Source: Octopus sinensis
Lineage: Eukaryota
Reading direction: 5' to 3'
DNA: 64,000 bases
NCBI RefSeq assembly: GCF_006345805.1
Contig: NC_043006.1
Location: 28,334,001 to 28,398,000 of the forward strand
Numbering within the stretch: the first letter of the stretch is position 1; each line of letters opens with the position of its first letter. A model generated the notes under the pieces. The model worked only from the letters and a program-made list of their open reading frames with translations. It did not search any database and had not been told where the DNA came from. This document shows, piece after piece, positions 47,979 through 62,125 of this stretch. The translations under genes and the position numbers were made by a program.

Positions 47979-48749
47979 ACATTATATTATATTATGCTAT
48001 ATTCACATTTGAATCTACAGTCACTTAGGGGAAGTAGTTATGCATCCCCGAGACAATGTTACTGAACATTTACAAGGCAATAGTTTCGGGAAAACATATA
48101 CAGAAGGGATTTCTTGAGGGCCGACTTGTTAATGCTTGGACTCAGATGGACTGAACACAACATGGGTGTTTAGAGGAAGAGAAACAAACCAATCAGGGGA
48201 TCTTTGAGTTAAGGCGGCAGGAGACTGGCCAGATCTGCGGAGTGTATTGAAATGGAGTTTAAGTAGAAAAAGCACGATAGTCTGGAGAAAATAGAGGTTT
48301 TATCCAACGCAAAGATTATTTAATACACGTTCTGAATATCCCGTCTGTAGGTAGAACTGTAAAAAATATACAAGAATTTTCTAAATTTCAAGACGTAAGT
48401 GTATCCAGTTGTTGTTGGAGTCTTAGTTTTTAGTACAATTCCTTATTTCTAGAGATGTGTGTGTGTGTGTGTGTGTGTACAAGCGCGCGCGTGTTTGTGT
48501 TTGCGTGTGCATGTGTGTGTGTGTGTGAGAGTTTGTGTGTAGGGTATTCGGCAGAATTACTATGATTTTTGAAAAAGAAACGTGCAAATTCTTCGTATGC
48601 ATATTATTAACAGCACAACATTCTTTGTAACAGAGACACGTGATCAAAGAACTATCAACTTTACCAAAACACAGTCAAACAGTTCTCAGTCATTCATGAT
48701 ATTCCAAATTTTCTCATCTTCAGTACTGATATATAAAGACTGTTCACAC

Positions 48750-48909
48750 CCCCAATACGTGAAAATCCAATAGACAGCTGTCCATGAGATAAGCAAGAAT
48801 CTTCCAACAAAAATCCTGCTATCTCCAGTATCTGGTCACTGGATTTGTCGGTTGATATTGCGAAACTTAAGCATATTGGAATTTAGAGTCTCTCGAACTG
48901 GAATGGCAT
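48750..48909 (-). pseudogene. Helitron Pif1-like helicase C-terminal fragment
   Basis: MPFQFERL*IPICLSFAISTDKSSDQILEIAGFLLEDSCLSHGQLSIGFSRIG matches the pattern PF.F.R.QFP..LAFAMTINKSQGQ...FSHGQLYV..SRV. Confidence 0.8.
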
Positions 48910-49270
48910 TTTACTGCTCTAAACAGACTGAAAGGATTTCATATAAAAATATGAAAGCAAAACATGATGCAAAGATAAATCTAAAACGCAGTCGTGTTTG
49001 TCATTAATGTCGTAAAAGACGTGTTCCACTGCCAACATACATACATACACACATACATACATACATACATACATACATACATACATACATACATACATAC
49101 AGACTGACAGACAGACAGACTGACAGATAGACAGACTGACAGATAGACAGACAAGCATGCATACATACATAGGCGCACGCGCACACATTCATTGATACAG
49201 AGATTACTGTGTTTAGGAAGTTCTTTCTCACATAGTTTCGAGATCAATCCAACTTCAATGTATCCCATTC

Positions 49271-49302
<32 letters not shown>

Positions 49303-49304
49303 TG

Positions 49305-49336
<32 letters not shown>

Positions 49337-49342
49337 GTATGT

Positions 49343-49416
<74 letters not shown>

Positions 49417-50003
49417 GTATGTGTGGCGAATTGCTTCCTAGATTCTTAGCCAGGGTTCGAAACCGAATCAAGATTTTTCTCTGAGTCCTTTTCTGTTGTT
49501 CTCGGCATTAGCACATAGAATCTATGAGAGTCAACTGTTAACCTGTAACCATTTCGTGGAAAAATTAGATACAGAACTCAAATTCAGTTCTATCTTTTCC
49601 GCCTGATGCCTGCCCTAGGAGCACTTCAGTAAAGACTTCTCACCGCGGGACTATAAAACTTTCACCCTCTCTACTTGTCAACTCAGAGCGATAATTTTTT
49701 TTTCTCTTTTTCCTTCCTTCTCCCATCCATCTTCTAGCAATCAATTACAGGTGAACTTAAATACCTATAAAATGGATATTAGAACTTCACGCTTCTTATA
49801 TTCTAAAAAAGAATCCCTTTCGGTCACGACAGATCAAGGGATTGCACACAGTTCCCCTCCGAGGTACAAATCTGGGCAAGATAGTTTATGGATGACCAGA
49901 AATCGCCTATGAATACCAGTTTCCTTTGTCCACGCCATTAACGTTCTCCAATGAAAAGGCAAAGATCAAAACAGCTTGGCACTAGTGACGTCGTAACTCA
50001 TTT

Positions 50004-50466
50004 GGATCTTTTCGGTTTGAACGGCAGTTTTTTCTAGCGGTGTCATATGAAATTGTCACCCATAATTATGACCCTAGTATCGATCTATTGCATTTCAATC
50101 TATTTTAGGGTTAGGGTTAGTTAGGGTTAGGGTTAGTTAGGGTTAGGGGTAGGGTTAGGGGTGGGGGTGGTGGGGAAGGGTATCTTTTTTTCTTCACAAA
50201 ATGTAAATAAACTCATCTGTTTCTTAACGAGGGACATATTCATACGGCACAGATGTTTACCTCACCTCAATAACGTCCATTGATTGGTTGAGAATTGCAG
50301 TAATTGAAGAAAAAAAACACAAATATCTTACAAACTATAGAATTTTTTCAATAACAAGAAAAAAAGATGTTTTATAAACACATTCTACCAGTATACGATC
50401 GAAGTTTAAAATTTTTTAGTTACCTAGAAATTATGTTCAAAACTGCCATTCAAACCGAAAAGATCC
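50004..50466. mobile_element. TTAGGG-bearing MITE inserted in a family C SINE, TSD actcattt
   Basis: TIRs intact; the TSD lies within the SINE on both sides. Confidence 0.92.
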
Positions 50467-51189
50467 ACTCATTTTTACAGCTGAGTGAACTGGAACAACG
50501 TGAAACAAAGTGTCTTGCTCAAGAGCCCAAAACACACCCCGTTCCGGGAATCGAACTCATAACCTCACAATTGTAAGCCCGACGCTCTTACCACTGAGTG
50601 ATCCGCCTTCACACGAGCCATGCGACTTCTAATATTCTGACGATGAAATAAAGACCATTTCAACTAATATTTTTCTCTTATCATTTATTTGCTGTATATA
50701 TTCCACTACATATATCTATCTGTCTGTCTGGCTGTCCGTATGTATGTATGTATGTATGTATGTATGCATGCATGTATACATGTATGAATGTTGTGCGTCT
50801 GTGTGTTTGTGTGTGCGTATGTGCTTGCGCGAGCGTGTGTGTTTATCTTTCACTGCTTAACATTTGTCCACAAACGCAGCGGTTCAGCAGAAAGAGAACG
50901 ATAGAGTATGCATCATGTTGAAAGTAGGTACTGGGGTCAATCTAAGCAACTAAACACTTCAAGGCTGTGCCCCAGCATGGGCGTAGTCCAATGACTGAAA
51001 CAAGCGAAAGGAAAAAAAAAAATGTAATAGAAGCGTGAGTTGCTTCCCAGTCACATAGTTCCGGGTTCAGTTCCACTACGTGGCACCTTGGGCAAGTGGC
51101 TGTTACCAAAGCCTCGGGCCGACCAAAGCCTTGTGAGGGGATTTGGTAGACGGAAACTGAAAGAAGCTCATCGTATGCATACGTGTGTG

Positions 51190-51255
<66 letters not shown>

Positions 51256-52062
51256 TATGTGATTGTGTTTGTCCCCCACCACTGTTTGAAACCAAAAGAT
51301 ACCGATCAAATAAATACTAGTCTTAAAAAGTAAGCCCCTGGGATCGATTTGGCCGACTAAAACCCCTGAAGGCGGCGTCCCAGCATGGACATAGTTAAAT
51401 GACTAAAATATGTAAGAATTAAAAGAAAGCAACACGAAGCGAAAGATAGTGAATTCAGTTTGCAATCGAACCCGTATCGCTCTTGGTGCTGGTGAAGAAG
51501 GAGAGAAAGAGAGAGAGCGAAAGAGAGAGAGAGAGAGCGAGAGAGAAATATGCTGGCTGATAAATGACATACAAATGCTCAAAAATATCTATTTATATAT
51601 ATTTATATATGTATGACCACATATATGTATGTATACATACGTGTAAGTTTACTTATAGTAAACTGATGTGTTTGTATGTCACCTGTATCTATTTTCTAAT
51701 GTTAGGACAGCTAAAATACCTGCCTACTTGTCACCAGGTAAGCAGACTTTTATGTGTGTGAAACCCATTAACTACATTCTACCCCAGTCGAAAACATTCT
51801 TTCTGAGACTCGCCTTCATACGTACGTGTTTATGCTCTAATATACGGTTGAAAATAAACATTCACTTAAAACTGAATATATTGTCATTCCTGTCTTATTT
51901 CTTTTTTTTTTTTTTTTATATACTAGTTACATGTCCATGATGAAATTATTCAAATTACTCGTCTTCCCATCTTCTTATGTCACCCACTCATACTCTCTCA
52001 TTCATGTGTGTGTGTGTTATTTCTATATATTAGTAATATATATAGTTGCGCAACACACACAC

Positions 52063-52107
<45 letters not shown>

Positions 52108-52217
52108 TAGGTTGGGTGGTGCAAACAAGAAAATAGAACTCAAAATATAAGTATACGTTGTTTTCATTTATAATCGGCGAAAGTTACAGTGACTCAAGGA
52201 CCGAGGTTCATGCGTTG

Positions 52218-52292
<75 letters not shown>

Positions 52293-52319
52293 ACACACAC
52301 ACACACATATATATATGAA

Positions 52320-53049
52320 AGAATACAAAAAAATATTACCAAAAAATGGGACAAGAATGTAAAACATCCAGACAGTTAGATGATACAAAAAAGGACAAGA
52401 AAAAACAAGAACGGGTCATTCGGAGTTTTCTTTCATCAGTCGAGTTCCAGATTGGATTTGCAGTTTCGGCTGGTTATACTCGGGGCTGCTCCAATCTGGC
52501 CAGCCCCAAGGAAAATCTAGGCTAGAAGCACTAGATTCCTTAGAAGAAAGAAGCGAATGTATACGAAAACAAAGACGGAAAAAAACTGGAGAAATGGTAC
52601 ACTAATACAAATGCAAACAACAGGTGTCTTTCGACTAAGGACGAATTAAATTAAGCTGGTGTGTGTGGAAGTGAAGCCTTACGGCAGAGACATAAGCGAT
52701 GACAGGCATGGGAAGGAATATAGATGTTGCACGGATGGTAGTCGAACCAAGAAAGAAAGGTCAGGCTTGGCCGAACACCGGTCACGTGGAAGGAGAGGAG
52801 AGAGGTAGAGACAGGGGGATAGAAGAATTAGGGAGGGACGAGAAAGAAAAGAAAAGGAACAGATTGAAGTGAAAGAAGGGGGAAGGTGAGAATGAAGGGA
52901 AGGCCAGGAAATGTAAGAGAGGGGGGAACGAAAGAAAGAAAAGTGGAAAGAACGAAGTAAGTGTGAAAGGGCTGATAGAAAGAAAGAAAGAAAGAAGATG
53001 AATGAATAATAAGAGAGTCGTACAAAATGCTATACATATATATATATAT

Positions 53050-53102
<53 letters not shown>

Positions 53103-53112
53103 ATATATATAT

Positions 53113-53168
<56 letters not shown>

Positions 53169-53530
53169 CATGTATGTATGTACTTACATATAAGAGACCA
53201 AAGTGTACGTCCTCCGCTATATGTATATAAAAAAAAATACAAAAAAGAATACAAAAACTGGGACAAGAACGTAAAACATCCAGACAGTTCGATGATACAA
53301 AATAGGGACAAGAGAAAATAAGGACGGGTCATTCGGAGTTTTCTTTCGTCAGTCAAGTTCCAGATTGGATTTGCAGTTTCGGCTGGTTATACTCGAGACT
53401 GCTCCAATCTGGCCAGCCCCAAGGAAAATCTAAACTAAGAGCACTAGATTCCTTAGAAGAAAGAAGCGAATGTATACGAAAACAAAGACGGAAAAAAACC
53501 CGGAGAAATTGTACACAAATACAAACTGCA

Positions 53531-53536
<6 letters not shown>
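52320..53536. repeat. About 300-bp direct repeat (52320-52620 and 53230-53536), probably pLTR-like
   Basis: gggacaagaa(t/c)gtaaaacatccagacag...gaaagaagcgaatgtatacgaaaacaaagacgg occurs twice, spacing about 910. Confidence 0.85.
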
Positions 53537-53625
<89 letters not shown>

Positions 53626-53759
53626 TATTTATATATATATACATATATATATATAAATATATATATATATAGATATATGTATATATATATATATTATATA
53701 TATATAATATATTTATATATATATATTTATTTTATACACATATATATATATATATATCT

Positions 53760-53793
<34 letters not shown>

Positions 53794-53808
53794 GTATATA
53801 TATATATA

Positions 53809-53844
<36 letters not shown>

Positions 53845-53905
53845 ATATATAATTATAGTATATTATAATATATAAATATATATAATATATATATATATAT
53901 ATATG

Positions 53906-53999
<94 letters not shown>
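53536..53999. repeat. Large imperfect (AT)n microsatellite, one of dozens of AT/CA/ATAC/AAT/AG tracts in the window
   Basis: Read directly from the sequence. Confidence 0.95.
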
Positions 54000-54002
<3 letters not shown>

Positions 54003-54026
54003 AAATTAATAAATGAATCATGTGCA

Positions 54027-55270
54027 TGGTCATCTCATAAGTAATGTCTGAATTTTGGGTAAGGTAAAAGAGTGATCAAATTTTTCATTTTATTAAAATT
54101 CATTCCTCTATATAATTTCCAGCATTACTGATGACTCCCTTCCATCGGCACATCAGTTTTTTTTTAAATTCCATTGGTAAAAAACACTTTTGATTATGAT
54201 GAGAAGGAAGAGAGGTCACTTTTGACCTCTTTGGGGCTTTGAAGAACTAATGCATCTCAATGATTCTGCAAGCTCCGAAACAAATGGTAATCAAAAGTAG
54301 TGAGGTCTGGTGGGGAAAAAGGTGGGCGAGGGATTTTTTTTCCCTAGCCAAGTCCGATTTTTTTAAATGTAATCTTTGCAGTGTAGGGGCCTGCATTATC
54401 GTGATGAAATGCCACTCACTTACAATTCACGAAATCAGGCCTTTTTTCCTTCATAGCAGCATCCAAACACTCTAATTGTTGATAAGAGGTGTGAGCAGTA
54501 AGTGTTGCATTAGTTGGTAGCAATTCAAAGTGGGTGACTCCAATGCAATCTTATCAAACAGAAAGGAGAACCTTTTTTTGCATGGAGGTCGTTTTTGGGC
54601 TGTGGTTTAGCATGTTCTCCGCAACTAAACCATTGCCTGCGTCATTTTCATTAAAAAAATCCACTTTTCATTACCAGTCATTAATCTATCCAAAATAGTG
54701 AGATACGTTCTCGGGAGTGAAGAGATAAGCAGATGCCCACTCGTGATATTCGGTTGGCTTCTGTCAAATCATGGAGATGATGGTGGTGAACAGCTGAATG
54801 GCTTGAATTGAGCTTGCTTGCCAATTTTTCAACTGATACAACATTATCCTTCTCAAGCTTTGACAAAAGAAGTTCATCATCAAATTCAACAGGGCGACCT
54901 ATTCGTGACCTCTCTCTTAGGCTGAAATCACCATTTTTGAACTTTGCAAACCATCTTCGGCAACTTCTTTCGTTCAAGCACTCTTCTCCATAAACAATAA
55001 ATATTTTGGGTTGCTTCTGCTGCACTGTTTCCCTTTTTGAATTCATAAAGAATTACGTGTCTTAAATGCTCTTTCGATTCACCTATCAACGAGGGGTTAA
55101 TATTAGTAATTAATTCAGTGAGATTATCTTGTAGAAAAAATTATATTAAATTAAAAGTTTCCAAATTCATATGAGTATCAATCAATATCATTTGACATTT
55201 TAGAATACTGTAAAAAGTGATAGAAATTACGTATTTGATATTTCGGGTATTATTTATGGGATGACCCGAT
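54027..55270 (-). mobile_element. Mariner-like element with degenerate TIRs
   Basis: VYGEECLNERSCRRWFAKFKNGDFSL...GRPVEFDD N-terminus; ends tggtcatctcataagtaat and attatttatgggatgacccg. Confidence 0.8.
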
Positions 55271-55599
55271 ATATAAACTACTCTTCAAAACTATAAAACC
55301 AGAGCACTGCCTGTATTTTCTGGCGAACTATACCACCCAAATTCATGAAACTCACTTCTAGATAGGAGATAAATAGAAGAAGGCATTGCAATATTCCAAT
55401 TTATTGAAATCCCAAAATAAATTAGATAATAATTCAAAACAACATACAGAGCCAGAAACCTATTCAAAACTATAATGCCAGGTAGAATAATGTTGGAAAT
55501 TATGATATATTTCAATGATATTTTCATGCAGTACTTCAACAATAGAGTATTTGACCACCACTTTTCTGAATTACTTCAATGACACGCAATTTTATGCTC

Positions 55600-55987
55600 C
55601 CGATCAACTTCCTGCTGCAGCTGGTGTTGCTGTTGAGCGAACGGTCTTCGTCCCAGAGCTCGCAAGATGGGAGGAGTCCGAAACGTGGTCCTTTGCTATT
55701 CGTAAGACCCACAGAAGAGAAAGCAGGTCAACCCCCGACACCGAGAGCATCAATGAATGCGCATCCAGGCTCAGCGTAGGAAGTCGGGGAAAAGAAACAG
55801 GAAGAAAGAGTGAGAGAAAGTTGGAGCGAAAGAGTACATCAGGGGTCGCCACCACCCCCTGCCGGAGCCTCGTGGGGCTTTAGGTGTTTTCGCTCAATAA
55901 ACACACACAACGCACGGTCTGGGAATCGAAACCGCGATCCTCCGACCGCTAGTCCGCTGCCCTAACCACTGGGCCATTGCGCCTCCA
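55600..55987 (-). mobile_element. CpG-rich tRNA-derived SINE, family E
   Basis: GGCGCAATGGCCCAGTGGTTAGG A-box and GGTTTCGATTCCC B-box, followed by a long non-tRNA body. Confidence 0.75.
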
Positions 55988-55990
55988 CTC

Positions 55991-56834
55991 CTGTTGCAGA
56001 TCAAGTGGGAGCTTTTCCAGACCTTTTTTACTGCCGTTTCAAGTTCATCAACAGATGACTACTGCTTGCCTTCGTTGTTCACAACATTCGTAGGTATTCC
56101 CATACATTCTCTATAGAATTAAGGTCGGGACTTCTTGCGGGTCATGGCATGACTTCAACCCCAGTTGCATGCAGGAAATCCAAAGTTTCCTTTGCTTTAT
56201 GAATAGGAGCGCTATCCTGTTGAAATATGAAGTTCTAGCCATGGAGTCTTCTTGCTTCTTCGTCAATGTGAGTCCCATCTAACATATCGATGTATCCTGC
56301 AGCATTGAAACGGTCATCCATAATGACAAGTGGGAGCTTCTGATTGGTAGATATTGCTCCCCACACCATAAGACCTCCTACATTTATCTTCCCAGTAATT
56401 CCGTAGGGGCCATTTAAATTCCATTTTTTCTCATCAGGGAACAGAACTCTGGTCCATTAACCATCCCACGTCTCATGCTGCCGAGCAAACTCCAATTTAA
56501 CAGCTTTGTGGAAAGGGGACAATAACGGACATACTAGCCGCTTCTTCAGGTGGAAGCATAGTTCAAAATCACTCTTCTTACGGTGGATGTCGAGGCTCCT
56601 AATCCTGCTGATGCCTTGATTTTGGAAATAGAAGAGCAGCGTGAGTTCTTCACAGCTCTGACAATGGTTCTTTCATCCCTTTCTGATGTAACCTTGGGAC
56701 ATCCACCAGCATGAATCCTGTTGTAGGATATTTCAGAAAATCTTCTCGGCAGTCTTTCGGTTACTCATTTCTTCCACTTTCAATACAAGAATCTTCCTTT
56801 GTTCAATTTCGGAAAGCTTTGTAGCTTTAGGCAT
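55991..56834 (-). pseudogene. Tc1/Tc3-like transposase relic
   Basis: MPKATKLSEIEQ start, VLFPDEKKWNLNGP, IFQQDSAPIH and (W>*)PARSPDLNSIENVW, the three DDE blocks; stops present. Confidence 0.9.
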
Positions 56835-57619
56835 AATTGAAATGCAATCTGGATCACAGAGAATACAACTGAGTCGAATATTTTCCGAAACGATCTGGAA
56901 ATAAATGAAAATGTATTAGTGGCTTTATAGTATTGAAGTACTAGGGAAAATTGGAGAATCAGGTGTTGTAAATGTGATAATAAAGGTACAAGGTTTACAT
57001 TTCAAGCTATTCACGAAATACCCATTTACAATAATATTATGACCCTTGGTCCACTTAAATACAGCGCTAAATTTCTAAATAACTTAAAAAACATGTGGCT
57101 TTATAGTTTTGAATATGTGTTTGTACGTGTATATGTATGTATTATGTATGTATGCATGTGTGTATGTATGTGTGCGTGTGTGTATGTGTATGTGTAACTG
57201 ATATGTTTGAGAAAATCCTTTGAGCAATGCCGTAGAAGAACTTGGCAGAACATGTCGAGTGAGATCAATAAATGATAACAAAAAAAGGTACTGCATTGCC
57301 TGATATGAGTTGATTAATAATCGTATAATATTTAGGCAAAGATTCTTCTTTTCAAATAGAAGAAAAGAATCAGAAAAGATTTTGGAGAAATAAACTGTTA
57401 GCATGTAAGTTAATAGTAATAAAATACATTTGGGAAAAATGTCGATTTTTGAATTTTATGACGTTTTGGCAAAAACCGATCGTGTTACTCGGTCATATAA
57501 ATGTTTAAAATGATCAAACCAAATATCTAACAAAAGAAAATAGTTATCAAGGAATGTCCCTATTTCCTTACCTTACTTGCTTATGACGGCCCATCAAAGG
57601 TAATGACAGTGTCAATCCA

Positions 57620-58320
57620 GAACAGTTATCCTCCTCCGCCTCCAGCGCATTGTTTCTCACGGGAACAGACGTTTCTGATCCTGAGACACTGAGGGCACTG
57701 AAAGTGATCCCGAACAACAACCGCAGGATTAGAAATGATGACAACGTCTCCTCCTCCCTTCATGCAGTTTCCTGCGTTCGGTTTCAAAGTGCTCTACTCC
57801 AACCTCACACGCGGACTTCCATACCATCCAGGGCTTCCAACTGACTGGGTGGGGCACCGCATAAAATTATCTTGAGATGATCAGGAAAATGAAGTTTTGG
57901 ACGACCATGAAGCCTACCTCCTGTCTCGATCTCGATGAAGAGGGCCATTTTTGGAGGCCGGCATCCAAGTCACATGATCAACCCAGCAGAGAAGACGACG
58001 AAGGATATAGACCTCAACGCTTTAGATATCTTGTCCTAATACGTGAGACTAAGGCTAATTTAGAGTGATCTGATATAGAACGCTTCCAGTTGTCTAATCT
58101 ATAACCGATAAAGGGTCCAGCACTCAGACCCATACGTGGGGTGGTGGATACACATTCAGCTCGATAAACAGAGATTTGTGTACTTGCTCTAAGGTTCTTG
58201 TCCCGAAAGACTCGTTCGCTGAGTCTCCCGAAAGATGTAGTGACTAACCTGATTCCACAGAGTATCCCCCACATTGGGACACTGAATCCCGTACACTGTG
58301 AGAGTTTCAGTGTCCCTATT
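57620..58320 (-). mobile_element. Degraded RTE-BovB-like LINE 3' fragment
   Basis: FGRLSERVF...ISVYRA; WKSACEVGVEHFE...FQCPQC. Confidence 0.7.
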
Positions 58321-58714
58321 AAAGAAAACAACTTATTTATAAATACAAAAAAAAAAAAAATCGTGTTTACCTTTTTTGAAGGATGCTTTAGAAGACTATA
58401 TAATCAAGGTTTGTAGAGACAGAGGTTCGAATTATGGTTAGCGGTGACAAGTAAATTATGTTAAAGAGTTATTTTTAATTAAAACATAATTAAAGTTGTA
58501 TTATAATTATCAGTTAAAATTTATTGAGATAATGAATAGCTAAGGAGGGAGATACGTGGTACGAAGTATTGACTAACCTCTTAAAACTACAGGAGATATG
58601 AGGATGATGATCTCTATATAAATTTTTGAGGGCTAAATCAAGGGTTGCGGTTTTGGTCGAGTATTTATACAGAAATTAATATCTTTAATTGGGATGATTA
58701 TAAATAGTAATAAT

Positions 58715-59020
58715 TTCAAATTTTGGTGCAAGACCAGCAATTTTAGGAAAGTAGTTGATTACATCGACCCGAACTACTTGACTAGAAATTATTATATCGA
58801 CTCTAAAAGAATGAAAAGCAACGATGACCATGGTGGAATTTGAACTTAGACCGTAATGAGTCGGAAAAAATACTGCTAAGCATTTTGTTCCACGTTCTAA
58901 TGATTCTGCCAGCTGGCCATCCTGATAATGGTTTCAAATTTTAGTACGGTGCTAGCAGTTTTTGAGGGGAGAGAGCTAGTCGATTACATCGACCCCAGTG
59001 CTTATTCTAGCGGAGTGTTT
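58715..59020 (-). mobile_element. Degraded SINE family A copies
   Basis: gaatttgaactt and gattacatcgacc motifs. Confidence 0.65.
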
Positions 59021-59185
59021 TGCCAAACGGCTAAGTTACGGGGACGTAAACACAGCAACATCAGTTGTCAAGCGATGATGGGGGTGCAAACACAGACACG
59101 CACACATGTACATATACATGCATATAAATACACATATATATAAATATATACATGCCTATAAATATACATGTGTATGTGTGTGTGT

Positions 59186-59216
<31 letters not shown>

Positions 59217-59380
59217 TATATATATACATATATATATATATATATGTATATGTATATGTATATATATATATATATACACATGTATATATATACATATATA
59301 ATATCAAGTATGCTATAGAAAGTATGGGCTATTTACGGAGTGCTCATAGAGAGCCAATGCGAAAAAATACAAAGTAAGAA

Positions 59381-60196
59381 GAAATTGAAAACGCAAATCT
59401 TAGGCAGTCAAACAGATTCCCGAACTCATAAATGAAGATATTCAATCAATGTAATTGAATTATATATATTTATACACATCAACATAAATCATGCATGTGC
59501 TGGCGTAAAGATTCTCCAACGGTATAAAGAATAAAATCAAACATACATAAAAACATAGCATAAATATAAAACCATATAAAAAATACATATAAAACCACAC
59601 ATGAATAAAGAGTACATGTAAAGAGTTATGCGTGATAAATATAGGAGGCGTAAAACGAATGAGAGATTGATAAATATAGGAATAAAAACGTCAACCTTAA
59701 AAATGGCAAACCGCCTAAATCGTCTAAAAATTCCTTAAAATTGACGCAAGATATCAACGTTAAGAACAATAAATAAAATAGGATCCGAAAAATAGGAGGG
59801 TGTTCCATCTACGGCCGTTTCAGGGGTACATTACCGGTTAAGGTTAAAAATTAAAAACTCCATGTATGCAATGTCCCCATCATCAGGAGGAAGTACTCCT
59901 TGGTGGCTGCCATCATACTAATAAAGCAGAATAAAAAATCTAATAAAATGTTTTACAGCTCGTATTCCTATATTAATCAACCTCTCATTCGTTTTGCGAC
60001 TCCTATATTTATCACGCATAACTCTTTACATGTAATCTTTATTCATGCGAGATTTTATATGTATTTTTATATGCTTTTATATTTCTTCTATATTTCTATG
60101 TATGTTTGGTTTTATTCGTTATATCTTTGGATTGAATATCTTCATTTATGCGTTCGAAAATCTGTCTGACTGCCTAGGATTTGCGTTTTCAATTTC
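59381..60196. repeat. Large inverted repeat (59381-59685 / 59963-60196) enclosing a hammerhead motif
   Basis: Arms are alignable, e.g. catgtaaagagttatgcgtgataaatatagga and tcctatatttatcacgcataactctttacatg. Confidence 0.85.
59803..59892 (-). ncRNA. Candidate type I hammerhead ribozyme with intact core
   Basis: TTCCTC-CTGATGA-TGGGGACATTGC[33 nt]GTAATGTACCCCT-GAAA-CGGCCG-TA-GATGGAA. Confidence 0.75.
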
Positions 60197-60992
60197 CTCC
60201 TACACTGTATTTCATATACAATTATATATACATATATACATATATACAACACACACACACACACACAGATGTATATATAGTTGAAAAATATCGTTATAGG
60301 TATAAAAATACCATAAACAATTATAGAAAAATGGAGGAGAAAAAAGATGCTGAATCAAAATTAGATTTAATACAAAATAGGATTCAATACATACGCACGT
60401 TTCAAAGGACAATACAAATATGTAAGAAAACAATTATAACTATATTAATTATTATTAAATTTATGCATTGTAATTTTCATCAGTGTGAAGAATTTTTGTA
60501 AGGGCATCAAAAAAGGTTTAATAAAATAAAGTAAATTAAAATAAGATACAATAAGGGAGAATACGAATGTGGTAATAGGGAGAAAATCGGATATTTTCAA
60601 GCAAGTTTTAAAAGGGGAAAAAATAACAGTAATAATAATAGTAAGAGAAACGAAAGGGGTAGAAGTAAGACATATGAATGTGTATGCACGTCTATATGTG
60701 CGGTAAACTATAACATAAAAATAAGAATGAAAAGCTAACGGGTATGTTTAAAAAATGGTAACAGGTCGAGACAAAGTATAATAAACAGGGCCACATGTGT
60801 ATAGTAGAATATAACGTAACTAGTAGAAAAAAAAAACTATATGCAGGTTGGATGGAAAATCGCAGGGTTAGAGGCCGCATGTCCGACCATGCGTAAATCG
60901 TGCTGACTTTCTGATTACCATAGCAGATCTTTATTTACACACACACACCACACACACACACACGCACACACACGCACACGCACGCACGCACA

Positions 60993-61035
<43 letters not shown>

Positions 61036-62125
61036 TATCTACATAAATACATTTGTACATTACTGCATACACACATATGTAGATACATATAAACATACAC
61101 ACAAATATACAAGCATAGATATATAGATACATACATATATATATATATACATACTCATGTACATACAGACAAATATACATACATACACATATACATACAT
61201 GCACACTTACAGATACATTCACACATGCAATATGTATACGAACACATATTTGCAAACATATATACAGACACATACGCACACATACACATACATTCACACA
61301 TGCATACATACATATATACTTTTATATATATATATGTACATAGATATATGCATATGTACGTACACACACACATGCATACATGCATACACATGCATACATA
61401 CGAGCATTAACCGAAAGCAGTTATCAGACAAGATAGTTTCTGACTGACTCAGATGACAATTGAACCGGTAGAAGCCACAGTCACTGTCACTTTTATCATC
61501 CTTAAACACACACACACATACACAAACGCACGCACACACATCCCCCCCCACACACATACACATACTATATGTATTAACTCGAGACGTGGCTAATGTTCTG
61601 ATAGGCGAATTTAATAGATTCAAGCTGTGTCATTTTGGTACAAGCAATGTTGTTACTTTCTGTTTTCTTTAATGCTCCTCCACCTTCACCACCAACCTTC
61701 TCAAGGCTATTATTTACATAGCATACAGTCCATCTAATATCCACCCCCTTAATTTACTCCACTACGACTAACACAGAATGAATAAATAAAATAAATAAAT
61801 AATATATATTTAAGAAAAAGAAGAAAAAAACCCACGAACCCACGAACCCACATATCTCCTTCCCAACCGCTTTCATCTGCCATCTCTGCGCCAGAAACTG
61901 TTTTCATTAATTAATCAACCATTTGCTCAATTAATTAATATAACAAGCAAAATATTACATATAAAATTTTGGTCGAGACCTATTATTTCTTTACAGAGCC
62001 GGATCTTTTATCCGGCTTCCAGAAATTACTTTTCTTCGTGTAATTTTCATCTTATAAACATTATACTGCATACACGGTAGGGTATGATATATTTCAAGAT
62101 TTTTTAGTGGATTAATAGATATGTG

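Noticed and set aside
50628-50675. CTGACGA followed by a TGAAAT/ATTTCA hairpin
   Set aside because: No GAAA or UH after the hairpin, so it is not a hammerhead.
55640-55710. GAAACGTGGTC resembling a hammerhead 3' half
   Set aside because: No CYGANGA core upstream.
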